From a bacterium (GTDB lineage: Bacteria > Bacillota_I > Bacilli_A > RF39 > UBA660), in the NCBI GenBank assembly GCA_963641945.1, contig CAVIDW010000002.1, positions 9,784 through 73,783 of the forward strand: 64,000 bases of DNA, written 5' to 3'. Below the pieces are notes generated by a model. It ran no database searches. It was given only the letters and a program-made list of their open reading frames with translations, and was not told where the DNA came from. How positions within the stretch are numbered: the first letter of the stretch is position 1; the number at the start of each line of letters is the position of its first letter. Of the stretch, positions 49,539-58,860 are shown piece by piece. The position numbers and the translations under genes are program-made.

Positions 49539-50510
49539 TTATTTGTTCCACCTAACAAAATATGCATAATATTCCTCATAGCATATATTTTCACTATGAA
49601 TAATTGCCGCAGCACTTGTACCTACATATCTAAGTCTCCAAGTGGCTGCATTAAATCCAGTTAAATCTATTTTATCTTCTGGAAATCTAAATATAAATCC
49701 ATATTTATAAGCATTTTCTTTAAGCCATTGATATTCTGGGCTTTCTTTAGGTTTATCCAACACTTTATTATATGGCATTAAGTCAAATGATAGACCTGTT
49801 TGATATTCTGAATGACCTGGTCTTGCGACTATTTTATCTGTTTCACTCATACCCATGCTACTTGCATAACTATCATAAATATTTTTTTGTTCTTGATAAC
49901 TTCTATAGCCATCACTTACTACGAATGTATATCCATTTTCTCTACCTGCTTCAATTAAAGATATAATTGGATCAAGTATACTATTACTTATTTTCTTACC
50001 AGTGTATGCATATTTAGATGGAACATCAACTAAATCATCTGGAGCATAGTCTTCTTTTAGACCATATAGTCTATTAACAAGCATTAGTTCTTTCTCATCT
50101 GTATTCGTTTCTCTTTCTTCATCAAACCAATCTATATTAGCTTCAGTATTAATAATAGAAACAATCTTTGTATTATCTGTTTTTTTGTTTTTTGATTTAT
50201 ATTCTAAATATTGATTTAAATTATTAAATATGAAATATTTTTCTTTCATAAGTTCAATTATATTCTCATCATATTTCATAGTTAATAGTTTATCTATTTG
50301 TGAATCATTTAGTTTGTCTTTTATTTCTTTTATTTCAGATTCAGAATAATTTATTTGCATTAATTTATAATCATATGTTTTTTTATAGTTAATCTTTTTT
50401 ATAGTAGATACACTAAAAAAAATTATTCCAATTATAATAGCTAGTAATACTGCTATAAATGTAAAAAATCTAACGTAATTAAATTTTCTTATAACCATCA
50501 TATTCACCAC
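49539..50510 (-). CDS. membrane-anchored M15B (VanY)-like protein, predicted catalytically inactive
   Basis: SDGYRSYQEQ is retained. SEH is replaced by SEY (PGHSEYQTGLSFDL) and EPWH by ATWR (AATWRLRYVG). Compare the intact paralogue at 33464-34048. The start codon is uncertain. Confidence 0.7.
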   Translation of the reverse strand: MVNMMVIRKFNYVRFFTFIAVLLAIIIGIIFFSVSTIKKINYKKTYDYKLMQINYSESEIKEIKDKLNDSQIDKLLTMKYDENIIELMKEKYFIFNNLNQYLEYKSKNKKTDNTKIVSIINTEANIDWFDEERETNTDEKELMLVNRLYGLKEDYAPDDLVDVPSKYAYTGKKISNSILDPIISLIEAGRENGYTFVVSDGYRSYQEQKNIYDSYASSMGMSETDKIVARPGHSEYQTGLSFDLMPYNKVLDKPKESPEYQWLKENAYKYGFIFRFPEDKIDLTGFNAATWRLRYVGTSAAAIIHSENICYEEYYAYFVRWNK

Positions 50511-50631
50511 ATATATTATACTATATTTATCATTTATTTGATAGATATAATATTCTACATAATTTTTAAAAATAATTTATATTATTACTATTTTATGATA
50601 AAATTATATTAATATATGAAAGGTGGTAAAG

Positions 50632-51173
50632 ATGGATACTGTAGTTGGAGATAATGTTTATGATTACTCTATTGATGGTTCATATGGTGACTATGATTAT
50701 GATGATACTTTACATGGGATTATAGTTACGATGGATCATCATTTGGTGCTTATGATTACGATGACTTCTTTGATGGTGGCGCTTTTATGGCATGGCTTAT
50801 GGTATTTTTTGCTATTATCGCAGTTATAGGTTTAATAATAGGCGTATTCAAAATCATTTGTAACTGGAAGATATTTACTAAGGCTGGACAAGAATGATGG
50901 AAAGCAATTATTCCAATTTATAATACGTGGACTCTTTGTGAAATTGTTGGTTTAGAAGGTTGGTATTCTCTACTTCAATTAATTCCATTTGTTGGATTTA
51001 TTGTTACATTCGTTCTTAAAATTGTGCTTTCTATAAGACTTTCTAAATGTTTTGGTAAGCAGAAGGCGTATGCTGTTGGTCTTATATTATTGGATTTAAT
51101 ATTTAGTGCAATACTTGCATTCGATAAGAGTAAATTTAGAAATTATTCCAGTGAACAACAAGTTACAAACTAA
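50632..51173 (+). pseudogene. DUF5684-like small membrane protein gene, frameshifted and nonsense-interrupted
   Basis: Frame A (ATG 50632) reads MDTVVGDNVYDYSIDGSYGDYDYDDT. The homology continues in another frame from about 50709: TWDYSYDGSSFGAYDYDDFFDGGAFMAW..NWKIFTKAGQE-TGA(50895-50897)-WKAIIPIYNTWTLCEIVG... and runs to TAA 51171. Confidence 0.7.
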
Positions 51174-51197
51174 AACTAGTTATTCTGAACTAGTTTT
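51172..51197. terminator. bidirectional terminator (DUF5684 remnant / recA)
   Basis: AAAACTAGTT-ATTCTG-AACTAGTTTT, a 10-bp perfect stem. Confidence 0.7.
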
Positions 51198-51205
51198 AGT
51201 TTGTT

Positions 51206-52225
51206 TTATTTTTCTTTTTTTACTGGAACTGTTTCTTCTTTTTCAGGTTCAAATAAACTTTTTCTAACTTTTTCTTCTATTTCTTCATATAAAGTAGGAT
51301 TGTTTTTTAATACAAGTTTAACATTTTCTTTTCCTTGGCCTATCTTTTCACCCTTATAACTGAACCATGCTCCACTTTTATCTATTATTCCAAGATTTGA
51401 AGCAACATCAATTACTTCACCAGTTCTTGAAATTCCTTCACCATACATTATTTCAACTTCTGCTGTTTTGAATGGTGGCGCAACTTTATTCTTCACAACT
51501 TTTATAATTGTTTTGTTTCCAAGAACATCTACACCTACTTTAATTTGTTCGCTTCTTCTAACATCCATTCTAATTGTTGAATAGAATTTTAAAGCTCTTC
51601 CTCCTGGAGTTGTTTCTGGATTTCCAAACATAATACCAACTTTTTCTCTTAATTGATTTATGAAGATACAAATTGTATTTGTTTTATTTATTACACCACT
51701 TAATTTTCTTAAAGCTTGAGACATTAGTCTTGCTTGAAGTCCTACATGAGAATCTCCCATTTCACCTTCAATTTCAGCTTGTGGAACTAATGCAGCAACT
51801 GAGTCTATAACAATAATGCTCATTGCTTCACTTCTAACAAGTGCTTCTACAATTTCTAGTGCTTGTTCTCCAGTATCTGGTTGACTTAATAATAATTCAT
51901 CAGTATCTACGCCCAACTTCTTTGCATATACTGGATCTAATGCATGCTCTGCATCTATAAATGCTGCCTTTCCACCATTTTTTTGAACTGATGCAATTGC
52001 ATGTAGTGCTATAGTTGTTTTACCACTTGATTCTGGACCAAATATTTCAATTATTCTTCCTTTTGGATATCCTCCTACACCTAATGCCTGATCTAATAAA
52101 ATAGAACCACTAGATACTACATCTATATTTTTAACACCTTTTTCTCCTAATTTCATAATTGCGCCTTTGCCAAATTGTTTTTCAATATCAGCTAGGACTT
52201 GGTCTAATGTCTTGTCTTTTTTCAT
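51206..52225 (-). CDS. recA: recombinase RecA
   Basis: GPESSGKTT Walker A and full-length RecA similarity. Start MKKDKTLDQ follows AAGGAGA. The track extension contains the promoter. Confidence 0.97.
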   Translation of the reverse strand: MKKDKTLDQVLADIEKQFGKGAIMKLGEKGVKNIDVVSSGSILLDQALGVGGYPKGRIIEIFGPESSGKTTIALHAIASVQKNGGKAAFIDAEHALDPVYAKKLGVDTDELLLSQPDTGEQALEIVEALVRSEAMSIIVIDSVAALVPQAEIEGEMGDSHVGLQARLMSQALRKLSGVINKTNTICIFINQLREKVGIMFGNPETTPGGRALKFYSTIRMDVRRSEQIKVGVDVLGNKTIIKVVKNKVAPPFKTAEVEIMYGEGISRTGEVIDVASNLGIIDKSGAWFSYKGEKIGQGKENVKLVLKNNPTLYEEIEEKVRKSLFEPEKEETVPVKKEK

Positions 52226-52247
52226 AAGTTTCTCCTTCATTAATTTA

Positions 52248-52276
52248 ATTTTAAAACAATTAATTTTCTTTGTCAA
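52248..52276 (-). promoter_or_regulatory. recA promoter
   Basis: The minus strand reads TTGACA (52276-52271), 17 nt spacer, TAAAAT (52253-52248). Confidence 0.65.
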
Positions 52277-52419
52277 CACCTTTTTGCAAACTTTTGTTTG
52301 TGCATAATTCAACTATTATTTTTCTTTTCTTTTGATAATTAAATTATGTATAAAAATATGTTTTAAATATTCATTTTTTATGCTTGTTTATATTGTAATA
52401 ATTGTTTTTTAATTATATT

Positions 52420-52442
52420 AAAAAATAGCAATTTTATTGCTA
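52420..52442 (-). terminator. terminator after pgsA
   Basis: The minus strand reads TAGCAAT-AAA-ATTGCTA followed by TTTTTT. Confidence 0.6.
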
Positions 52443-53039
52443 TTTTGTTGTATCTGCTAAATATTTTTTATTTTTTGTAAAATATTGAACACCACTTAGT
52501 ACTGATAATATAGTTGCTATCATTATAATAACTCTTGCTGGATAAACATTTATCAAAGAAAATGGTAAATCATAGAAGAATAATAATGTTATTCCAACTA
52601 ACATAAATGCTGTTTTAAACTTCCCTGCTTTTGATGCAGCAACTGCACCATTCTTTTGTCCTGCTACCATTTTTATAGAATCAACAGCAATATCTCTTGA
52701 TACAATAACAACTGGTACTATTGGACTAATATGCCCACTTGTTGCTAACAATATTAATACACCATTTACCAATATTTTATCAGCTATTGCATCCATTACT
52801 TTTCCTAAATCAGTTACTAGATTATATTTTCTAGCTAAATGACCATCTAAATAGTCTGTAACTGATGCTATCATAAATATAACACCACATATCAAATATT
52901 TACTATCTATTATAAAATCAGCTGATATTTTTATTTCTGGAAAAGAAATTCCAATTTTATTTAATGGAAATACCATTAATATAAGTAAAAATATTGATAA
53001 AACAATTCTACAAACAGTTATTTTATTAGGAACATTCAT
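52440..53039 (-). CDS. pgsA: CDP-diacylglycerol--glycerol-3-phosphate 3-phosphatidyltransferase
   Basis: DGHLARKYNLVTDLGKVMDAIADK (CDP-alcohol phosphatidyltransferase motif). Confidence 0.9.
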   Translation of the reverse strand: MNVPNKITVCRIVLSIFLLILMVFPLNKIGISFPEIKISADFIIDSKYLICGVIFMIASVTDYLDGHLARKYNLVTDLGKVMDAIADKILVNGVLILLATSGHISPIVPVVIVSRDIAVDSIKMVAGQKNGAVAASKAGKFKTAFMLVGITLLFFYDLPFSLINVYPARVIIMIATILSVLSGVQYFTKNKKYLADTTK

Positions 53040-53041
53040 AA

Positions 53042-53536
53042 TTAAATTATACTCCTTTCGTCTATATAATTATCATAATTTAACTCATTAACATCTCTAT
53101 CAGTTATATATTTAATAATTATTATAACTAGCATAACCAACACCACTATTGCAGCTATATATAGTATAGTATATTTAGTAGACTTATCTTTTCTTTTTAT
53201 TGTGTATGGTGAAACTATTTTATTTTCTTCATTTTTTAATTCTTTTAGGTTAATTTCTTTTGTTTGCTCTAATATATCTTCAATTGGTATTCTAGAAGTG
53301 TATCCAAACATAAAATCATTAAATTTGTCTATGATTTCATCTTCATCCAAATTTAAATATACAGCATACTTTTTAATAGTTTCTTTTAAGAAAAAAACAT
53401 CTTTAAAAGCATTAACATTTCCGTCTTCTAAGTTATCTAGTTGGCTTTCTGTAATATTTAAATCTTTTATAACTTCTTCTTTTGAAATACCAATAGTTTC
53501 TCTAGCTAATTTGAAACTATCACCTATTTCTTTCAT
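53042..53536 (-). CDS. RodZ/YmfM-like HTH (XRE) membrane protein
   Basis: N-terminal HTH and one TM helix (ILYIAAIVVLVMLVIIII). It sits upstream of pgsA, as ymfM does in Bacillus. Confidence 0.65.
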   Translation of the reverse strand: MKEIGDSFKLARETIGISKEEVIKDLNITESQLDNLEDGNVNAFKDVFFLKETIKKYAVYLNLDEDEIIDKFNDFMFGYTSRIPIEDILEQTKEINLKELKNEENKIVSPYTIKRKDKSTKYTILYIAAIVVLVMLVIIIIKYITDRDVNELNYDNYIDERSII

Positions 53537-53559
53537 AAAACTCTCCTATAAATTAAAAA

Positions 53560-53912
53560 AATAATTTTTAATAAGCCATGTTCTGTACCTACTTCCTAGG
53601 TGATAAACATTTATCTAAGAATTTCTTCTTCCCTTACTCCTTTGTTATTCATTTGTAAGAGTTCCCCTACCAAATTTGGGTTTCTCACTCGTGGGGTTTA
53701 CCTCGTTCCACAATTATCATTCCTGATAATCTCGTCTCTATGGCACTTTTATAGTTACTTTAATCAGTTCTTGATTATTTTACAGCCGTATATATTTCTA
53801 TATCCTAAGGTTATTCTTTCCCTTAGCGCGAACATTTTCAATCGTTTCAGATTGAGTGAGCATGGACTTTCCTCTACATAATTTTATGCAGCGTTTACCT
53901 AAAAAATTATTC
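53560..53912 (-). ncRNA. rnpB: RNase P RNA, type B
   Basis: The minus strand contains GTAGAGGAAAGTCCATGCTC, AAAGTGCCATAGAGACGAG, GGTAAACCCCACGAGTGAGAAACCCAAATTTGGTAGGGGAAC and ACAGAACATGGCTTA. P1 pairs AATAATTTTT with AAAAATTATT. The ends are approximate. Confidence 0.88.
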
Positions 53913-54224
53913 TTCTCCGTATACAACCTTTTCCAAGTCACTAATTCTCTTTAATAAATCAACATTAGTAACTCCTTTATTAGAGCCTGCTATATCTAAA
54001 GATGCTTTTAATTTTCTAACTTCAGTTCTTAATTTATCATTTTCATTTTCTAAAGTTTTTATTTCACTAATTAATTTCTTTGTAGAATTTTCAAAATAAA
54101 CATAATCCTTGATAATATAATCTAAAAATTGATCTACTTCTTGAGGTCTATATCCTCTAGCATCAATTTTAAACTCTTTGTCTAGTATCTCTTTAGCAGT
54201 TAAAATCCTCTTATCTTCAAACAT
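53907..54224 (-). CDS. gpsB: GpsB (DivIVA-domain cell-division protein)
   Basis: LTAKEILDKEFKIDARGYRPQEVDQFLDYIIKDY followed by a coiled coil. It is adjacent to rnpB, as in Bacillus. Confidence 0.85.
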   Translation of the reverse strand: MFEDKRILTAKEILDKEFKIDARGYRPQEVDQFLDYIIKDYVYFENSTKKLISEIKTLENENDKLRTEVRKLKASLDIAGSNKGVTNVDLLKRISDLEKVVYGEE

Positions 54225-54248
54225 CTTTTTAGCCTCTCTTCCAGTCTA

Positions 54249-54277
54249 ATTTTACGCTAAAATATTTTTTTTGTCAA
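54249..54277 (-). promoter_or_regulatory. gpsB promoter
   Basis: The minus strand reads TTGACA (54277-54272), 17 nt spacer, TAAAAT (54254-54249). Confidence 0.65.
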
Positions 54278-54281
54278 TAAA

Positions 54282-54308
54282 AGAAGCAAACCTCTATAGC
54301 TTGCTTCT
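54282..54308 (-). terminator. terminator upstream of the gpsB promoter
   Basis: The minus strand reads AGAAGCAA-(11 nt loop)-TTGCTTCT followed by TTTTATT. Confidence 0.5.
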
Positions 54309-54447
54309 ATAATTCAAAATACACCTATTAATTAACTCATCAAAATCCTTAAACCTAGTATTAATATTATTTTTATCCTTAATAGTGCACCTCCATATAA
54401 ATCATAGCACTATTTATTTACTATGTCATAGTTTTGACAAAATTAGA

Positions 54448-55212
54448 CTATTTATTTAAATCATCTTTAAAATATTCATAAATTGTGTCTATTAGATTAC
54501 TATCAAATTTATTAATTTTAATATTATATATTACGCTTTCTTCTGAAGGATTAATTATTTCATTAATTTTAGTATAGTCTATATTTATTTCACTAAAACG
54601 TGATGAAGTATATGCAGTATCAAATGTTAAATTTGAATCATTTATTACTTCAAAACTAGTATCATATAAATCATTATATGCTTTAATAAAATCAGATAAT
54701 TTTATATTACATGTAGATTTAGTATTACTTATATATTTAAATTCACAGTAATTAACTACTTTTTTATACAAATTCATATCTAAATAATTATCATTTATAA
54801 AATCATAAGTTTTATTATCTTTATGTAATTTTTCTTCTTGTGAATCAGAATAAAATACTTGATTATTATAAACAATAAAGCCATCATGAGGAAGATTATC
54901 TCCAGAATATAATTCTAATTTATCTGAAAATTGATAATTTAGACTTTCACTTTTATCTTTATATTTTTTGGTTATGTCTAAACTATAATTATCTTCTATA
55001 TTATTTAATAATTCAATAATTTTTATTTTATTTGCTACATTTTCCTCTAATTTATTATCATATCTTAATCTATTATTAGCTATAAATATTATTGAAACCA
55101 CAAAAAATATTAACACAAGAATTAATTTAACATTGTTAGTTATTCTAATATTACTTATTTTTTCTTTTATATCTTTTAACTGTTTTTTAAACTTTTTAAA
55201 GTCCTTTAACAT
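54448..55212 (-). CDS. hypothetical membrane-anchored protein
   Basis: One N-terminal TM helix (LILVLIFFVVSIIFIA). The start overlaps the fmt stop by 7 nt. Confidence 0.5.
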   Translation of the reverse strand: MLKDFKKFKKQLKDIKEKISNIRITNNVKLILVLIFFVVSIIFIANNRLRYDNKLEENVANKIKIIELLNNIEDNYSLDITKKYKDKSESLNYQFSDKLELYSGDNLPHDGFIVYNNQVFYSDSQEEKLHKDNKTYDFINDNYLDMNLYKKVVNYCEFKYISNTKSTCNIKLSDFIKAYNDLYDTSFEVINDSNLTFDTAYTSSRFSEINIDYTKINEIINPSEESVIYNIKINKFDSNLIDTIYEYFKDDLNK

Positions 55213-56141
55213 AATTTTTCACCCAAAAGATTCTCTTTTCTTTTTCCATTTATAAAATCACTAGCATACATTTCTTTTTTACCACTAGGTTTTAATCTTG
55301 TTATGATTATTTCACCATCAGAGCATAAAACTCCAAAACCATCTTTATAAACATTTATAATTTTACCTGGAGTTCCTTTTTTATTTGATCCAATTCTACT
55401 AGAACATATTTTTATGATTTCATTATTCAAAGTTGTGTATGCCACTGGAAAAGGATACATACCTCTAATTTGATTAAATACTTCTACTCTTGTTTTATTA
55501 AAATCTATTTTTTCTTCTTCACGTTTAATGTTATATGCAAAAGTTACTTTGCTTTCATCTTGTTTAATTCTTGTAATGTTGCCACTAAATATATTTGGTA
55601 ATGTTTCTTTTAGCAAATCTCTTCCTAAAATACTTAATTTATCATGAATTGTTCCTACATTATCAGTTTCTTCTATTTTTACACTTTTTTGAGTTATTAT
55701 ATCTCCATCATCCATTCCAGGAGCCATATACATAATAGTTATTCCTGTTTCTTTATAGCCATTAATAATAGCTCTATGTAATGGGCTTCCACCTCTTAAT
55801 TTAGGTAAAAGTGATGCATGAACATTAATTGCTTTATATTTAGGTGTTTCAAGTAATTCAGTAGGTATAATTTGACCATAAGCACATGTTATGATTACAT
55901 CAGGATTTTTACTTAAAATATATTCAAAATCATTTCTTATCTTTTCAGGCTGAAATACTTCAATATTATTATTAACAGCTACTTGCTTAACTGGTGAAAA
56001 CTTTAATCCATCATGATGTCTACCAACATAACTATCTGGTTGAGTAACTACCATAATAACATTTGTATTTTCAATTAACATCTCTAATACAGGTACACTA
56101 AATTCAGGTGTTCCCATAAATACTACTTTTTTATCTTTCAT
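55206..56141 (-). CDS. fmt: methionyl-tRNA formyltransferase
   Basis: VVFMGTPEFSVP and HASLLPKLRGGSPL. Start taken at MKDKKVVF. Confidence 0.93.
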   Translation of the reverse strand: MKDKKVVFMGTPEFSVPVLEMLIENTNVIMVVTQPDSYVGRHHDGLKFSPVKQVAVNNNIEVFQPEKIRNDFEYILSKNPDVIITCAYGQIIPTELLETPKYKAINVHASLLPKLRGGSPLHRAIINGYKETGITIMYMAPGMDDGDIITQKSVKIEETDNVGTIHDKLSILGRDLLKETLPNIFSGNITRIKQDESKVTFAYNIKREEEKIDFNKTRVEVFNQIRGMYPFPVAYTTLNNEIIKICSSRIGSNKKGTPGKIINVYKDGFGVLCSDGEIIITRLKPSGKKEMYASDFINGKRKENLLGEKLC

Positions 56142-56170
56142 ACTTATTCCTTTCAATCATGAATATTATA

Positions 56171-58327
56171 TTAAATATTAATACTAATATCAATTGTTAC
56201 ATTTTTTATTTCTAATTTATTTAATTCTTCTAATGCTTTATATAATAATTCATTTTTCTTATATTTTATCATTATATTAAATCTATATTTATTCTTTAAT
56301 TTTACTATACTTGATACACTTGGACCTAATACTATATATGAATCATCTAATCTATTATCTATAAATTTCTTTATTTTTTTACTTTCTTCACTTGCTTGTT
56401 CAAATGAGGTACTACTGATTAAAATATTACAAATATAATAGTAAGGTGGATAACCTAGTTTTTTTCTCATATTCATTTCATAATTAAAGAAATAGTCAAA
56501 GTTATTTTTTAACACACTGTTGTAAACATAATTTGTTTTGTTATATGTTTGTATTATTACTTTTCCTGGTATATTAAATCTTCCTACTCTTCCTGCTGTT
56601 TGACTTAGTAATTCATATGTTCTTTCTCCACTTCTAAAGTCAGGAATTGAAAGAAGTGAATCTGGATTTATTATTCCTACTAAGCTTACATTTTCAAAAT
56701 TTAATCCTTTTGATATCATTTGTGTACCAACTAATATATTATATTTGCCACTTCTAAACTCATTTATAAGCTTCTCATGAGCATTTTTAGTACTAGTAGT
56801 ATCTGCATCCATTCTAAGTACTTTTGTCTTATATTTTTCTTCTATTATGCTTTGAAGTTTTTCTGTTCCAAGACCTAAATCTTTAATAGCATTTTCTTTA
56901 CAATTTGGACATATTGAACTAGAAGAAACCCTATATCCACAATAATGACATGAATAACTATTACTACTCTTATGATAAATTAATGATATATCACAATTTG
57001 GACATTTATAAACATAACCACAATTAGTACAACTTAAGAATGTTGAGTAACCTCTTCTATTTAATAAAAGAATTACTTGCTCATTTTTACTTAAAGATAA
57101 TTTTATTTCTTTATCTAATTTATCACTAATAATATAATTATGTTTTTTAGCCTCAATTTCCATATCAACTATTTCTATATTTGGAAGAGTACCACTTATT
57201 CTAGATTTTAAGTTTATTAAATGAAATACTCCTTTTTTACCTCTTGCATATTGTTCTAATGATGGTGTTGCACTTCCTAAAACTACTTTTGCATTATTAT
57301 ATTCTGCTCTTTTAAATGCAATATCTATTGCATCATATTTAGGATTATTTTCTTGTTTATATGTTTGACTTTGACATTCATCAACTATAATTACTCCAAT
57401 ATCTTTAAGTGGAACAAATATTGCACTTCTTGCACCTACTACAACATCAACATTTCCATTCATTATTTTTCTATATTCATCATATTTTTCACCTTCACTA
57501 AGTGAACTATGAAATACAGCTACTCTACTCATAAAAACACTTTTAAATCTTGAAACAATTTGAGGTGTAAGAGATATTTCAGGTACTAAACAAATGGCTT
57601 TTTTTCCTTGCTCTAAAACATTCTTTATTAAGCTGATATACACTTCTGTTTTTCCACTACCAGTAACTCCATATAATAAATATTTATTATCATTAGAGTT
57701 TAATATTTCATTTAAACAATTATTTTGATTTTCTGTGAGTGATATTTCTTTTCTTTTTTCTTCTAGGAAGAATATTTCTCTATTAACTTCTTTTTTTCTT
57801 TCAATTACAATATTATTATTTATTAGATTCTTTAATACTTGAGAAGTTATTTCTTTTTTATTTACTTCTTTATCTTTTAAATAATTAATTATTTCTATTT
57901 CTTTTAATTTTCTTTTATTATTATTTATATATTTTTCTATATCTATATCTTTATTTAAACTAATAATTGTTTCATATTTTCTATTTATATTTGTTTTAAC
58001 CGATGCTTTTAATGCTTTTGGTAACATAACTTGATAACATGATATTAAATTGCATAATAAAGAATTACTCATATATTTTCCTAGTTTGAGTAATTCATCA
58101 TTTAAATAGAAATCTTTTTCTTGAATCTTTAATATTTTTTTATATTCTAAAGTATTATCTATATTATCATGTATTTTTAGTATAAATCCTTCTACTTCTT
58201 TTGTACCAAAATTAACTATTACTTTTTGTCCCACTTTTACATCGCATTCTAATTCTTTAGGAACTAAATAATCAAATACTCTATTTAATGATTTTACTGA
58301 GTATTCAATTAATACACTAGCTAACAT
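56171..58327 (-). CDS. priA: primosomal protein N' (PriA helicase)
   Basis: GVTGSGKTEVY, IIVDECQ, and the Cys-rich zinc insert CTNCGYVYKCPNCDISLIYH..CHYCG..CPNC. Confidence 0.93.
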   Translation of the reverse strand: MLASVLIEYSVKSLNRVFDYLVPKELECDVKVGQKVIVNFGTKEVEGFILKIHDNIDNTLEYKKILKIQEKDFYLNDELLKLGKYMSNSLLCNLISCYQVMLPKALKASVKTNINRKYETIISLNKDIDIEKYINNNKRKLKEIEIINYLKDKEVNKKEITSQVLKNLINNNIVIERKKEVNREIFFLEEKRKEISLTENQNNCLNEILNSNDNKYLLYGVTGSGKTEVYISLIKNVLEQGKKAICLVPEISLTPQIVSRFKSVFMSRVAVFHSSLSEGEKYDEYRKIMNGNVDVVVGARSAIFVPLKDIGVIIVDECQSQTYKQENNPKYDAIDIAFKRAEYNNAKVVLGSATPSLEQYARGKKGVFHLINLKSRISGTLPNIEIVDMEIEAKKHNYIISDKLDKEIKLSLSKNEQVILLLNRRGYSTFLSCTNCGYVYKCPNCDISLIYHKSSNSYSCHYCGYRVSSSSICPNCKENAIKDLGLGTEKLQSIIEEKYKTKVLRMDADTTSTKNAHEKLINEFRSGKYNILVGTQMISKGLNFENVSLVGIINPDSLLSIPDFRSGERTYELLSQTAGRVGRFNIPGKVIIQTYNKTNYVYNSVLKNNFDYFFNYEMNMRKKLGYPPYYYICNILISSTSFEQASEESKKIKKFIDNRLDDSYIVLGPSVSSIVKLKNKYRFNIMIKYKKNELLYKALEELNKLEIKNVTIDISINI

Positions 58328-58860
58328 TATATTCCTCTTAAGAAAGGATTATTTTTTAACTCATGACCTACTGTAGTTGATTCTCCATGGCCAGGATAAC
58401 AAACTACACTTTCTGGCATATATTTAAATACATTTAAACTATTAGCCATTTCATCTTCTAGATTTTCTTCTATATTTCCAATTGTTTCTTTAAAGACAAA
58501 ATCTCCTGTAAATAAAACATTATTGTTATCAAAATAGTAAGAAACACTATCACTAGAATGACCAAATGTTTCTATTTTTTTGAATTCAAATGTTCCAATT
58601 TGAAGTTTATCTTCTTTAGTTTTATAATCGACTAATACTGCATTTGGATATTTAGCTTTTATATCATCTAATGCTCCTATATGATCAAAATGATAATGTG
58701 TTATTAGAATTCCTTTTACATTTAAATTAAGTTTTTCTATCTCAGAAATAATAATATCACTATTATCTCCTGGATCTACTATTAAAGCATCTATATCATT
58801 ATGAATAATATAACAATTTTCTTCTAATATCCCTGTTACTATTGTAATAACTTTTATCAT
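58327..58860 (-). CDS. MBL-fold metallo-hydrolase
   Basis: ITHYHFDHIG and a C-terminal YPGHG. Confidence 0.8.
   Translation of the reverse strand: MIKVITIVTGILEENCYIIHNDIDALIVDPGDNSDIIISEIEKLNLNVKGILITHYHFDHIGALDDIKAKYPNAVLVDYKTKEDKLQIGTFEFKKIETFGHSSDSVSYYFDNNNVLFTGDFVFKETIGNIEENLEDEMANSLNVFKYMPESVVCYPGHGESTTVGHELKNNPFLRGI

Noticed and set aside
50895-50897. In-frame TGA read as Gly or Trp (genetic code 25 or 4), or selenocysteine
   Set aside because: Very long ORFs (EssC 1525 aa, RpoB, RpoC) are uninterrupted under the standard code, and Trp is encoded by TGG throughout. TGA ends two intact genes, both at ATGA overlaps (39209, 58857). The same gene also needs a frameshift, so inactivation or sequencing error is the simpler explanation. 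I saw no SECIS-like hairpin directly downstream.
52226-52312. Longer recA ORF, and a search for a LexA/Cheo box (GAAC-N4-GTTC) upstream of recA
   Set aside because: The extension contains the TTGACA-17-TAAAAT promoter. I found no GAAC-N4-GTTC-like palindrome between 52226 and 52440, so no SOS box is claimed.
53600-53881. 93-aa plus-strand ORF
   Set aside because: It lies inside and antisense to the RNase P RNA gene, which carries multiple universally conserved rnpB sequence blocks.
54330-54425. Possible 30-codon ORF starting at ATT after GGAGGTG
   Set aside because: There is no canonical start codon and no recognisable features. The support is weaker than for the small ORF at 26080, so I do not report it as a feature.
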